Positions 38,084 to 50,100 of a DNA stretch of 64,000 nt are shown piece after piece. The notes under the pieces were generated by a model. The model ran no database searches and was not told the DNA's origin. It saw only the letters and a list, made by a program, of their open reading frames with translations. The stretch covers positions 87,606,001 through 87,670,000 of the forward strand of contig OX597815.1 of the NCBI GenBank assembly GCA_951406725.2, read 5' to 3'. The translations under genes and the position numbers were made by a program. Origin of the DNA: Octopus vulgaris (Eukaryota). How positions within the stretch are numbered: position 1 is the stretch's first letter; every line of letters begins with the position of its first letter.

Positions 38084-38879
38084 TACCTTTGGATATCCTT
38101 GTTGCTTATTTTGATTATAATCACCCCATTTTGAATTATATGGATAATACCATACCAAATTCTGGTACCTTTAAGTACCATATTCAACAGAATCTAAATT
38201 TTTACTGAACCTATACACACACACACACACTCACAGATTCTCTATCTCTGCTCTGTGTGTGTGGTTGTGTGTATCAATTCCTTTTTGCAGGGATGCATAC
38301 ACACACGTGTGCATGTCTACCCATATATCTCTGTGTGATTATATGACTGCATAAGTTTTCTCATCTTTTATTTCATTTTGGTATGAGTGCATGCGTATAT
38401 TTGCATACTTTTTCTACATTTGGATAGATCTTTCCATAGGCATCAACATTAATTTTCTCACTCCTAATGCATGTCAGCAAACCTGAGTTATAGAAGTGTT
38501 GTATCCCACCCACATATAACAATAAAACTTTCACACACGCTGATCCCTGTACCTTGCAAGTATACCCTATTTCTGCCCTCATTTTTGATCTATCTCTCCC
38601 TCTCCTTCCCTTGCTCTTACCTCTGTCCAGGTAACCATGTATCTCCTTTACAGCAGCACACCTCTTGTTAACTCCCACTCTCTCTCTAGGTAACTATTTT
38701 GGCCCTCATTTTGTTAATTCTTGCTCTCTTTCCCTTCCTCTCTCTTGTTGGGTAACGTACAGTTGCTCTACAACCTCCTCTACAGCAAGGCATCTATTTC
38801 TGCCTCTCTGTCACACTCTAATCTTTCATCGTCTGGATAAGATAATCTCCTCCAATGCTCCCTTCTCTCTCAATGCCTC

Positions 38880-39205
38880 TTTGTCTTGCAAAGTTACTCA
38901 GTGACCCCTGCTAGTGCAGGTACCACTTAAAAAGCACCTTCTCCACACTGTAAACTAGTTGGCATTTGGAAGGGCATCCTGCTGTAAAAACCATGCCAAA
39001 ACTGACCTCACCTGTGTGAGTGCAACATAAAAAGCATTCAGCTCACTCTACGAAGTGGTTGGTGTTGGGAAGGGCATCCAGCCGTAAAAACTGGCCAAAA
39101 CTGACACAGAAACATGGTGCAGGCTTCCGCCTGGTCAGCTCCTGTCAAACCGTCCAACCCATGCCAGCAAGGAAGGTGGACATTAAACGATGATGATGAT
39201 GATGA
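38880..39205 (+). mobile_element. Dimeric RTE-tail repeat; same form at about 13785-14077 and 59700-60000
   Basis: Two tandem GTTGG(C/T)(A/G)TT..GAAGGGCATCC..GTAAAAA..GCCAAAAC units followed by a (GAT)n tail. Confidence 0.8.
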
Positions 39206-39678
39206 TTGTGGCAACTGCCTTTGTTTGAAGACTTATTTCTTTTAATTTTGCTACCGAGCAAAAGTAAACCACAAACATCAAATGGTCCATATCCTATAAA
39301 TCATGTCACATTTTCCTTAATCCTTGGCATTTTGTTAAATTAATAAATCAAGATATATTCTTTTATCCAGACAAGCATTAGAGAGCAATAGTTACCTTCC
39401 CGGGAAAGCTGAACTCTTAGCTTAATACGAAGTTGGAACTACTGCTTTCAATGCACTTGCGTTAATAATCGTTTTTACAATTATCTATTTCCCTACTCCG
39501 AAAACAAACTTGCGTACATCATCAAGAAAATACACTTTATTTCATTTTATAAAAATGTTTTCACTTATGAGCATCCGTAGATATATGTAACCAGCTCGTT
39601 GATCTCCCTTGATTGTTAGAAGAGTCAAACATCTCCAGTTAGAGATTAGTTTGTTCTGTTTACACGGAATTTGAAACG

Positions 39679-39729
39679 ATGGCCGAAATTACTCCCGGAG
39701 GCAAAACCAAAATGCCCAAAGTGGCAAAG
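39679..39729 (+). CDS. CRNKL1: CRNKL1 coding exon 1 ([17 protein letters not shown])
   Basis: ACG-ATG-G start context, donor AAG|GTAAAA. Confidence 0.9.
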
Positions 39730-42700
39730 GTAAAATTTTACTTCTATTTATGTTTTTAGATTTTATTCCTGAACTGTGTACCTGAATTATTTATTGAACT
39801 TGGTTCAGATTAGGGAAAAAGAAAGATTTTGGGTTAAGTTAAAACTACTATGCCATTCACGAGGGACTGGAAACTTTAATTAGAGTTATTGATTTGGTGA
39901 ATAAGAATTGAGATCTAGCTAATAATATATAGATACTTCAAATTCTATTGTATATGTATGGATATTTTGTTAGTCTCATAGAATTGGGGGTAGGGTATAA
40001 ATCAAATGAATCTACGACCATGTTTTGATTTTCATTGCACTTCACGCCTGTAGTACCCTTGTGTAGTTAGAGTACTTCACGATTTCTCTTCCTCTGCACC
40101 CTAAAAGTAAATTAATAGAAATGATCACTCATTGATGGGTACCATACATGCGTACTCTAGGGCGGTCTTAGACTATAACGTACCATTTAAAGTCGTTCTC
40201 AAATTTAAGGACCACTAGTTCTTCGAGGGCTAATGCAGTTTCTCACCTCTCCTTGAAAAATGCATGTTTTTTGGAAAATTGATTTCGGATTAGCCCCGTT
40301 CTTCGTTATAGTTGCTTGTGTTTACTACTTACAATTACCTAACTACTTAATTGGAATTTATGTTTCTACACAATTGTAAGTGATGATCCCACTACCAGCG
40401 GGAGAATATATACTGGCTCCAGATTGAGTGCAAGGTTGATTTTATTTTACTTTTTAAAAACGAAAACAAATTAATTATTCTCATATATAAATTCATTAAA
40501 AAATTAATTGAATACCTTTTAATATTTCGTTTCACGATAGAGCCAACTAGGAGGTCCTCAACTTGCTAGAAATTGAAACCAAATCTCCCTATAATCACCA
40601 TAACAAGAAATGTAAAAATGCAATTCTAAACAAGCTGATGGAATAATATCCTCCTATCTTAAGCAACAACATGCAAAAATAATTCTAAATTGCATCAAAG
40701 AGTATTCTTTATGTCAAACAAGCTAGTTGCAGCACAGCATCAATCCAATTCTTCTGTATATACCAAACACTGATACCAGCTAGATTTGAGAAAGCAAAGC
40801 TATCATCTTGTACTCAAAGTTTGCCATAAATAAAAGCAAATACCCCATAAAAAATGAGCATGTCTTTCACAATTAGGATTTTTTTTACATTCTGTGTTGA
40901 AATTTAATCAACAGTATCCGTACCTTAAAGTTTCATGGCCTTGTACCTATCTAGGAAGCCGATATTAGAATCCTTCGCAAGATAGATAGATAATCAAACC
41001 CTTATTCATTTATCTCCTTTAGCTGCTTGTCCCATTAGAACATTAAATAAAATTAGTTAAAAACAGCTCACTTCATGTTCTTGTTGACAAAGCATCAACA
41101 AGAGTTTTGCAAGAAGGGTGTAAGCATTGTCTCATCTGGATTAATTCTCTCCCTCATCCACACCCACAACCATTTTTCATGTTACTTTCTAAAATTTATA
41201 GCTCATCAAATTAGTCAACTGATCAGAGCTACATCAGTTCCATGCTAACTATACATAGCAGCACATGTGCTTCATAATTGACTCATTGAAAATAGGTGGC
41301 TTAAAATCATCCTGTTAGGCTTGATCCTTCATATCCCTATCACATAGCCAAAACCCATTACCTTAAATCTCCTAAGTCACTCACACATAGACCTGCTGCA
41401 ACAGTTCATATTCAGAACACTGCTACTACTTCCAACTTCTGCAAGACAACCATCTAAAATGCAAAAAGTACACATATATTACACAGCCTGCAAGCACACC
41501 CATCTCTCATACTGCAGCTGGTCATTATGGTTCCTTGCAAAAAAGGATTTCCATCAACTTTGTGGAATTCTACTACCCATCACTTCCTCAGCTGTGATGA
41601 GCTTACTGAGCATAGGCAATATTTGCAGAGAGAAAGCTTCCATATTTGCTACTTGGTCTGAATCCATTTCCATATTGCATACATTTGGTAAAAGACCTTG
41701 AAAACCTTCCACTTCTCCAATCTTACTGTCATTTACATGCCAAGAGTAAAAATGCTTCTGTTCACTTCAAGTAAGCAATCCACCAGCAATGATCTCTATT
41801 CATTCTATAACCTTCAGAGCTGCTTGTTATCCTCTGCAAAGATTCTATTCTCTCTATTTTTCTGATGGATATCTATCTCAATATTTGGATATATATTACA
41901 GTGTGTCCTATTCCTAAGAAGAGTAACCTCTCTGACTCAGCTGACTATCAATCTATTGTTCTTGTTTTTTTAGCCTCAGTTTAGCACTGATTGAGCAGAA
42001 TTATGATTGAAGACATTCTAATAATGACCATCCTGCTTTGTTTCTATGTGCAGGAACACAAAATCACATGATCCACTGTGCCCTTTTGAAGACAGTGAGG
42101 TGTGATTTGAAGGAGATTTAGTTGCTGTTTCTAGCAACTTAAGCGACTATGTAGAGGCTGCTTCATTGCATTGATTAAGCAAAATGTTTAGTGTGGGTAT
42201 CTAGAAGATGGGATATACTAGTATGATTAACAAAGAAGCAAGTGAGTTAGAAGTAGTGGATAAATGGAGGGTAAAGATGAATTAAGGTCAAAGATTTATT
42301 GTAGAAAATGATGAATTTGAAATGAGTTTATAAAAGCAGTAGAATGTAAATTGATGTAGCATTTGATAAAATGATTGCTATCTAACAACATTTTTATTTT
42401 TTTCTACTTTCATCTTAAGGACTGTGGCTATGCTCCTGCATTGCCAACTGTTGTTGCTACACCTTCATTAATCCTCCTTTAATAGTTGGCATTTGAGTGA
42501 GTGAGGGAGTTTGTTGCTGCTGCCCTCATTCCTGCTTCTTTCTGTGAAGTTGGTTCATCTGCGATTTTGACATTTGGAGATCCAGTTTAGTTTATACATC
42601 TACATCATGTAGGTCTTTGAGCTCCTACAGGAGGATATAGAAGAGCTGTTGACCTTTGAATCCCAAACTATTGCAGTATCTGTTTCTGTATTTTTGGGAC

Positions 42701-45700
42701 AGCGGAGGGATTTAGGCACTATGCAATGGTGCCCTGTTCTGGCATTTGTATAATTTTCTGCACCAAGGTTTTGGACAAGCTCTTCCAGATGTATTTTGCA
42801 GCATATCTTTCTTGCATTCATTCCAGAGAGTAAAATCTTTGCATCATGAATCTTTCCCAGTAGCTAATTTGCTGCATTGAAGCTATTTTTGTCATTTAGC
42901 TTCACTGGACCACTTCAAGTTCCTCTATTAATTTCACATTGTGTGTGAACATAGTTGGGAGCAAAAGTCAGGATGGCTTAGGACAAATGTCCTTCAGAGG
43001 ACCATCATGGTTTTTTTACCCTCTTGTTATGAAAGTTCTAAGAATCCATCTGGTCAGCGGCCTGTATTTCATTGCCAACTTAGCAATATGTAAATGGAAG
43101 GCTGCATCATTACTCATGTCAATGCTCAGGTCACACACCGATCGTGATTCTGGAACTGTGATCCCTCAAAATTCAGTGTCTTTTGTCTGCATAGCATTTA
43201 ACTTTGTCTGCTGATAACCTAGGGCTTGGAACTTTCCAGCATTGCACTTCATATTATTATTGTCAATCCACTTGTATATTACATCTAACTCTTTTTGCAG
43301 ATGCATGTCATCTTCAGGGTTTTCTATTTCCTGTGAGACTTTTGTATCATCTGCATAGCTTGTAAGGGTGGTTCTAGGATATTCTGTTATATGTCTAATA
43401 TTCATTTGGTTATATTTCAGGTTAAAAACAAAATGCCAGCTCCTGTGCAGATTACTGCAGAACAGCTGTTGCGTGAAGCAAAGGAGCGAGAGTTGGAATT
43501 GGTACCACCAGTAAGTATCTGCATGAATTATTTTGCTCTGTTTTACTAAGTTTTGCTTTCATCTGTTAATAGTGTTCAATCTCACCACTGCCAAAGTATT
43601 TATTGTTTATAAGTTTCCTTCTGTTAGTTGAGAAGAACTGCATTTGGCTGAGTCCAGAAGGAATTTCTCAACAACCCATTGATTTATTTCTTGTCTTCGA
43701 TATGACATTGAGTCTATAGATTCAATTGATAATTGCTTGATTTACTTTGTTACATGAGGAAAATGCAGATCAAGATGGCATCAATATAAGCAGTGACAGC
43801 ACTGCAAAATTGACAAATGTTTCATTAGTTTCAAATGCAAATTACACTAATTTCTAAGACTATAAGTCTACTGTACAAAAAAAGAAAAAGGTGTCAGTTT
43901 ACTTTTACAGGACTGAGTTCTTTTTCACTACCAACTACTGCATGACACTTTACCAGATGCTGGATCATAGATTAAATGGATTATTAGTATCTTATGATTA
44001 ACTGCTTCCTTAGTATAAGTCTAATCATTAAATATGACTTAAGTTCTCTTTCAAAAATCTATGTTCCTTATCTGATCTGTTAGTCAACTTGTGTAGCTTC
44101 TATAAACCCTGCTTGAGTAGACTTATGTCATTTAGCTAGTTGTCAGATACTGAGTTTGACCTCCACACTTTCAGGATTTTGGATCTACCATGTATCCAAC
44201 TTGATGTACTTCAAGAAGAGCGGTTTGTATGAGATGCTGATTGACACTCAGAATATTGGAGAGGTGTATTATTTTGTGTTTTTTGTAACCACTTGTGGTT
44301 TGTTGTGGAGATATTATGAGGTCAGCTTGTACTAGTATAATTCATGAGGAGTCTGATATATCATTTGTATAGTATATTATTTTATTTTCAATCAGACCAA
44401 GGAAGAAAATCTTAGATACAATGTCGAAGTTACCTACCTTGGTTGTTATATTTGAGAAATAAATCTCTTCTTATATTCTTTATAATATGCAGAAATTTAC
44501 TTTTCACATTTCCCAGTAAATAGTGATTTTAACTAAATATATCCTTTTTGTAGCCTCCCAAGCAGAAAATTTCAGATCCAGAGGAATTGGCAGATTATAG
44601 GCTCAAGAAAAGGAAGGTAAGTTAAAATTGATAAACTTTTACGTTTGCAAATGTATGAAATTCCTTAATCTCTCATCACAAGGCATTAAGTATATGACTC
44701 AGAGTTGATTCTTCATTGAGACATTTCACTTCATTTACTATTTATGCCTGTGTGATTAAGAAGTTCACTTTGCAAACACTTGGTTTTAGGTCCAGGCTCA
44801 TTGCACGGCACCTTGGGCAAGTGTGTTTTACTTTAGCCCTATATTGCCTTGTGAATGAATTTGTAGATAGAAACTGTATGGTACTTCACATTTAATGTGT
44901 GTGTGTGGTGATAGTTCATTGTCTTGTGGTTAAAATGTCTCATGATTATGGGTTTGCTTAATGGCCTGGGCGGTGTGTTAATTCTTGGAAATTGACTGAA
45001 TATGAATCTGATTTCCTTTGATTAGGTATGAAGCCAATTTTTTTGTTGGAATTGGATATACTCTCGATTTGATTTGAACTTGGATCAAAATGGTGAAGTA
45101 CCTGCATCTAGTATTTTGTTACTATCATCATTATTTTATGTCCACTTTTCATGCTAGAATGGATTAGATGTTTCATTACTCACTGAGTCAGTTCTTATGT
45201 GGAGTTAATGCTTTCCATGATGTATCAAAGGACTGTGTTTCACTTACACATTTCATTTCGGCTAGATGCCCTTTCTAACATCAGTCACTTTATAGAATGT
45301 ATTGGGTGCATTTTATTGTTGCACCACTACATATATAAATATTATATTCCCTTTTAGGCCTTGAATGTAAGATACAAATCAATGTTTTTGTGTCAATTTT
45401 TTATCTTTCCCATCATTGTAATAAAAAAAAAATGCCATTTTCTCCATTTGAATACTGTATGTTGCTGGGGTGTTAAATTTGATCTGTTCACTCTTCCTTT
45501 CAGGCATATGAAGACAATATCCGCAAAAATCGAACTGTGATGAGCAACTGGATTAAGTATGCCCAATGGGAAGAATCACAAAAAGAAATTCAAAGGTTTC
45601 TATTTGTTTGATTTATGTTATACTTTATTTTCCTTCCATATTGAGGATGAAAATAAAGAGTATAGTAGTTGATGTATGCCCACCAACTACTATACTCTCT

Positions 45701-47087
45701 GGATTAACTAAGATTTTAATATAAATGATATCACTAACTCGAGGCAAAAAGTGGAAAAGGCTCTCTGACTGGGTTTGAACCACACGTCTATCTCTTGCTA
45801 GGTGATTCTGTTACTGAAAATATTCATAGAGCCTAATTTGAGAAAATGGTGTGGTAAGCACTCTGTAGTCTAATTGTTTATGAAGGCATCTGGCAAAAAG
45901 TAGACACTGAATATTCAGTCCTGTCTGTGGGCCTGTTGCTCTGTTTAGCTTCAAATTGGTGCTTATAATATTATAATATTATTTACTGTACTTCTATTTT
46001 CAATTGTTAATCTCTCAGAAATCTTGGATAAGTTTTCATGTTTTTTCATATATAGCAGCAAGTTAAATTAATAAGATCCTCTTTATGCCCAAAATGGGGG
46101 CAAAATAATATAAAGTAGTAAAAAACAACTTGTAATTATGACAGCTACTTTAAACACCTACATTACAAGTATATAGTTAAAGTCATTTAATAATGTTTTG
46201 AAAGATTAAATAATAAACTGTCAGTCTTAATGTTATATATTACATATTTACTTTACATTGATTTAGAAACCATTGTGTTATATTTAATTACTAATAAATG
46301 TATATAGTTTATTCACAGTATTAATAAAAAAGTTCAGATACAGCAGCAAATCATTGGAATTATGGAAGATATATCCTACATTTTAATTTTCTTTATTTCT
46401 GCAGAGCACGGTCTGTGTGGGAAAGAGCTTTAGATGTCAACCACAGAAACATCACAGTTTGGTTAAAATATGCTGAAATGGAAATGAAGTAAGTGTTCAT
46501 TATTTTAAATATTTATGCCATTTGATTATATATTTTCAAATGAAAAATGGCCAAGTAGCTAAGATGATATTAGCTCATAGGTTTTTTAATTTAATGTCTG
46601 TTAGTAATGTTTTCTTGTGCCTTCAGGATTTATAGTTTAATCATTAATCATCCATGTTGCCAGTACATACTTGTGAGAAATTGGTTCCATATATTCCAGG
46701 AATATTGTCTGAAATAAACTAGAATCCTAAAAACAATACATATGCAGTGCTTATAATGTTTTTCAATTTTTTAATGTACAGTATCAACTCACATTTATCA
46801 ATTATTGAAGTTATGCTTCAGTTGACAGAATTATTATTATTATTTAAAAAAAAATTTTTTTAATTTTAATTTTTATTTTTAAAAATTAATTTTCAGAAAT
46901 CGCCAAATCAATCATGCCAGAAACATCTGGGACCGTGCCATCACTATCTTACCTCGAGCGAACCAATTCTGGTACAAATACACATACATGGAGGAAATGC
47001 TGGATAATATACCAGGTAAATACGTTTCGATTACATAGTGATGTCCTATTCTGATGTGTGAATATTAATGCTGTATGACTTTTGAGT

Positions 47088-47119
<32 letters not shown>

Positions 47120-50100
47120 GGAGGGTTGTGTATGATTAAATTTCATACTTTAACCTCCCTCAATACTACATCCCTCAGTTCAGGGGTCTTGTTTTGCATG
47201 TTATTTGGTGACCCCACTACTGCTGGTACCACATGAAAAGCTCCTAGTACACTCTGTAAAGTGGCTGGTGTTAGGAAGGGTATCTAGTCATAGAAACCCT
47301 GCCAAAGCAGACACTGTCTCTTGTTGAATTGTCCAACCCTTGCCAGCATGGAAAATAATGATGACAATGATATATATAACATCTCACTTGATAAAATGAT
47401 ATCTAAAGTGATGGTCCATCACAGGCCTGTGCTGTTGGGGATGAGCAAGAGTGTCTAATAGGCACCTTTAATAGCTTTGTACTTTTGGAGAACATTGGTT
47501 AGCTAAGGTGCATCAACTGAAGCATTCATAGGCTGAGAATATTTAAGAGTGATGTCTGTGTTTTTGTTTATAATGGCAGATTGGCAGAATCATTAGGGTG
47601 ATAGATAGAATTTGTTCCAGTTCTCTGTACTTTGAGCTCAAATACCACCATGCCAACTTTGCCTTTCATCCTTTTAGGGTTGATGATAAAGTACCAATCC
47701 AGGATAGTGGAATGGGTGAGATGCTTTGTAGATGTGTTTTAGTTCATTGTATTCTGACAACAACATGAGACAAAACTGGTGTCAAGCTATATTGTTCCAA
47801 GCTGGTTGCCTTTTCCTTGGCTAAACATCAGTGGCATAGTGAAGGGAAAACTTGCATGCATGGTCAACTGCTTGTTTTCCAAAAGAAAAATCTTGCACAT
47901 ATATGTGCCCATAATTGATTAACATTGACTGATGGAGGCCTTACATATGGTTGATGTTGAAATTGGCAATGGAACATCTTTGTGATTATAATCCTTGGAA
48001 AGATATATATAATCCATGAAGCAGGTGAGGCATACATCAATTGGATTTCAAATGTAAATCAGGAACTGTGACAGACAACGCAAAACAATGACATCAACCT
48101 CATTGTCATTGTTATTCATACATTTTCATATAATTTATTTCCATTTCTATGTCATATTTTGTAATTGTATTTGATATTATTTTTCTTTTCCTGTTTCATT
48201 GTCACTATTTGAATTTTATTATCTCTTCAGGTAGTCGACAGGTATTTGAGCGTTGGATGGAGTGGCATCCCGAAGAGCAAGCCTGGCACTCTTACATCAA
48301 CTTTGAACTGCGCTATAAAGAAATTAACCGTGCACGTGCAATTTATGAACGATATATCCTTTCTTTGTTCTATGACGTTTTATTTTCATTTATTTACAAT
48401 TTTTTGTACCAGTTTTTGCTCCTCACCATTTTATCATGTTTAGGAAAATTCTTGAAACTTTTTTTGTTTGCTTGTGGCAATATTTTTTTCTTTTTACATC
48501 CGAGTTGTTTCTTTTTTAACACAGTAAAGTAGATATGGTTTTAGTACTGTTGTTTGAGTAAAACCTGAGTGTCAAGAGCAACAGATAGAAAGCACAGTGT
48601 TTCATGTAGGGTTTGAATCCAGTACCATGTTGAAAATAAGTGATTTTACTGCTAGATGTCCTTTTTACTTTACTGTTGTGAAGAACTAATAGGTATTGGC
48701 AATAAGGCAAGCAGAATAATTGCATCATGTAGAGGCATATCACAGAGGTAATAGTGAGGTCTGGACCCATGAATATTGTTAGGACTGGGAGCTTAGTGCA
48801 ACAAGACACTAAATTTGGGTGTACTTGGGTTTTACATTTACCTGGAAAAAGCCGCAAAAAAATTCATCTTCCATAGTTTCATTTCATATGTCTTGTGTGT
48901 ATAAACACCTGTTACCTATTGGAGAAGTTAGTGATCAAAATGCAGTGCAAATACTTTTGATCAAAGGGTATTTTGTTCAAAACATCGTATACATTTTGTG
49001 ATTAGTAATGAGCTTATTGCATTATATTGTGCTCAGACACTACAACTCATTGAAGAAGGGTTGAAGGGTTGGGTATAAATGAAGTAAAGGAAGACAGCAG
49101 TGATATTGAAAATACATGTATAATACACAGGATAAAATAAAAAGACAGAAAAGGGAACAGTAAAAGTGTTATTAAGAGGGCATGTGAGATATGTTGGTGA
49201 ATTTTGGGAGGATGGAATGTTTGAAGGTTACAGTGTCCTAAGAGCTAACTACCAATGCAGGTGGTTTATTTCATGCTTCAAAAATTTTGAGCATACAAAA
49301 TGCTTCCATAATTCATTAGTACTTTACTGCTTTTATCTTATAAGCATGAGTGCAGGAGTGGCTGTGTGGTAAGTAGCTTGCTTACCAACCACATGGTTCC
49401 GGGTTCCTTCCCACTGCGTGGCACCTTGGGCAAGTGTCTTCTACTATAGCCTTGGGCCGACCAAAGCCTTGTGAGTGGATTTGGTAGACGGAAACTGAAA
49501 GAAGCCCGTTGTATATATGTATGTGTGTATATATATATATATATGTGTGTGTGTATGTGTCTGTTTATGTGTTCGTGTTTATCCCCTCAACATCGCTTGA
49601 CAACCGATGCTGGTGTGTTTACATCCCCATAACTTAGCAGTTCGGCAAAAGAGGCTGATAGAATAAGTACTAGGCTTACAAAGAATAAGTCCTGGGGTCA
49701 ATTTGCTCGACTAAAGGCGGTGCTCCAGCATGGCCACAGTCAAATGACTGAAACAAGTAAAGAGTATGTCCATCCATGAGTGGTAGAGATATTGAATTCA
49801 AAATGATGGCTAAAGTTGTTGGAATGACAGTGGATAATCTTTTGGGATTTTTTCATGTCAGCTGCTTGATGGTGATGCTTTAATGTGCTGATATCCAAAG
49901 AAGTAAGACATAAATTACTGATGGAGAGTATTCCAGCAGATAGTATTGTGGACAAAAAGGAAGTTCCAGTCTGGAGTTGCAAACTAAGTGTGAGTGTACC
50001 ACAAATATATATAGCTTTAAATAAATAGATAGTTGGTGAATGGCTATCAAAGGTCTTATTGAGGGATGCTTAGGCACTTTCAGCCTTCTTGATGATTTTA

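Larger units (their letters stand above)
37832..38119. mobile_element. Inner inverted repeat (arms 37832-37959 and 37988-38119), probable Penelope-like inverted pseudo-LTR insertion
   Basis: Near-identical ~130-bp arms with a 28-nt spacer, a hammerhead fold in each arm, and a unique extension to about 38211 after the right arm; inserted in a (TA/CA)n tract. Confidence 0.7.
37651..38474. repeat. Outer inverted repeat (arms 37651-37810 and 38307-38474)
   Basis: The same text is read on opposite strands (ORF track shows TCIRSEKINVDAYGKI in +37504 and -38373). Confidence 0.88.

Noticed and set aside
39397-39406. Palindrome TTCCCGGGAA upstream of CRNKL1 (STAT-like)
   Set aside because: A single short motif with no supporting evidence.
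44538-44549. ATATCCTTT (U12 donor-like) near the end of CRNKL1 intron 2
   Set aside because: It lies within the pyrimidine tract of a normal GT-AG intron, with no exon upstream of it.
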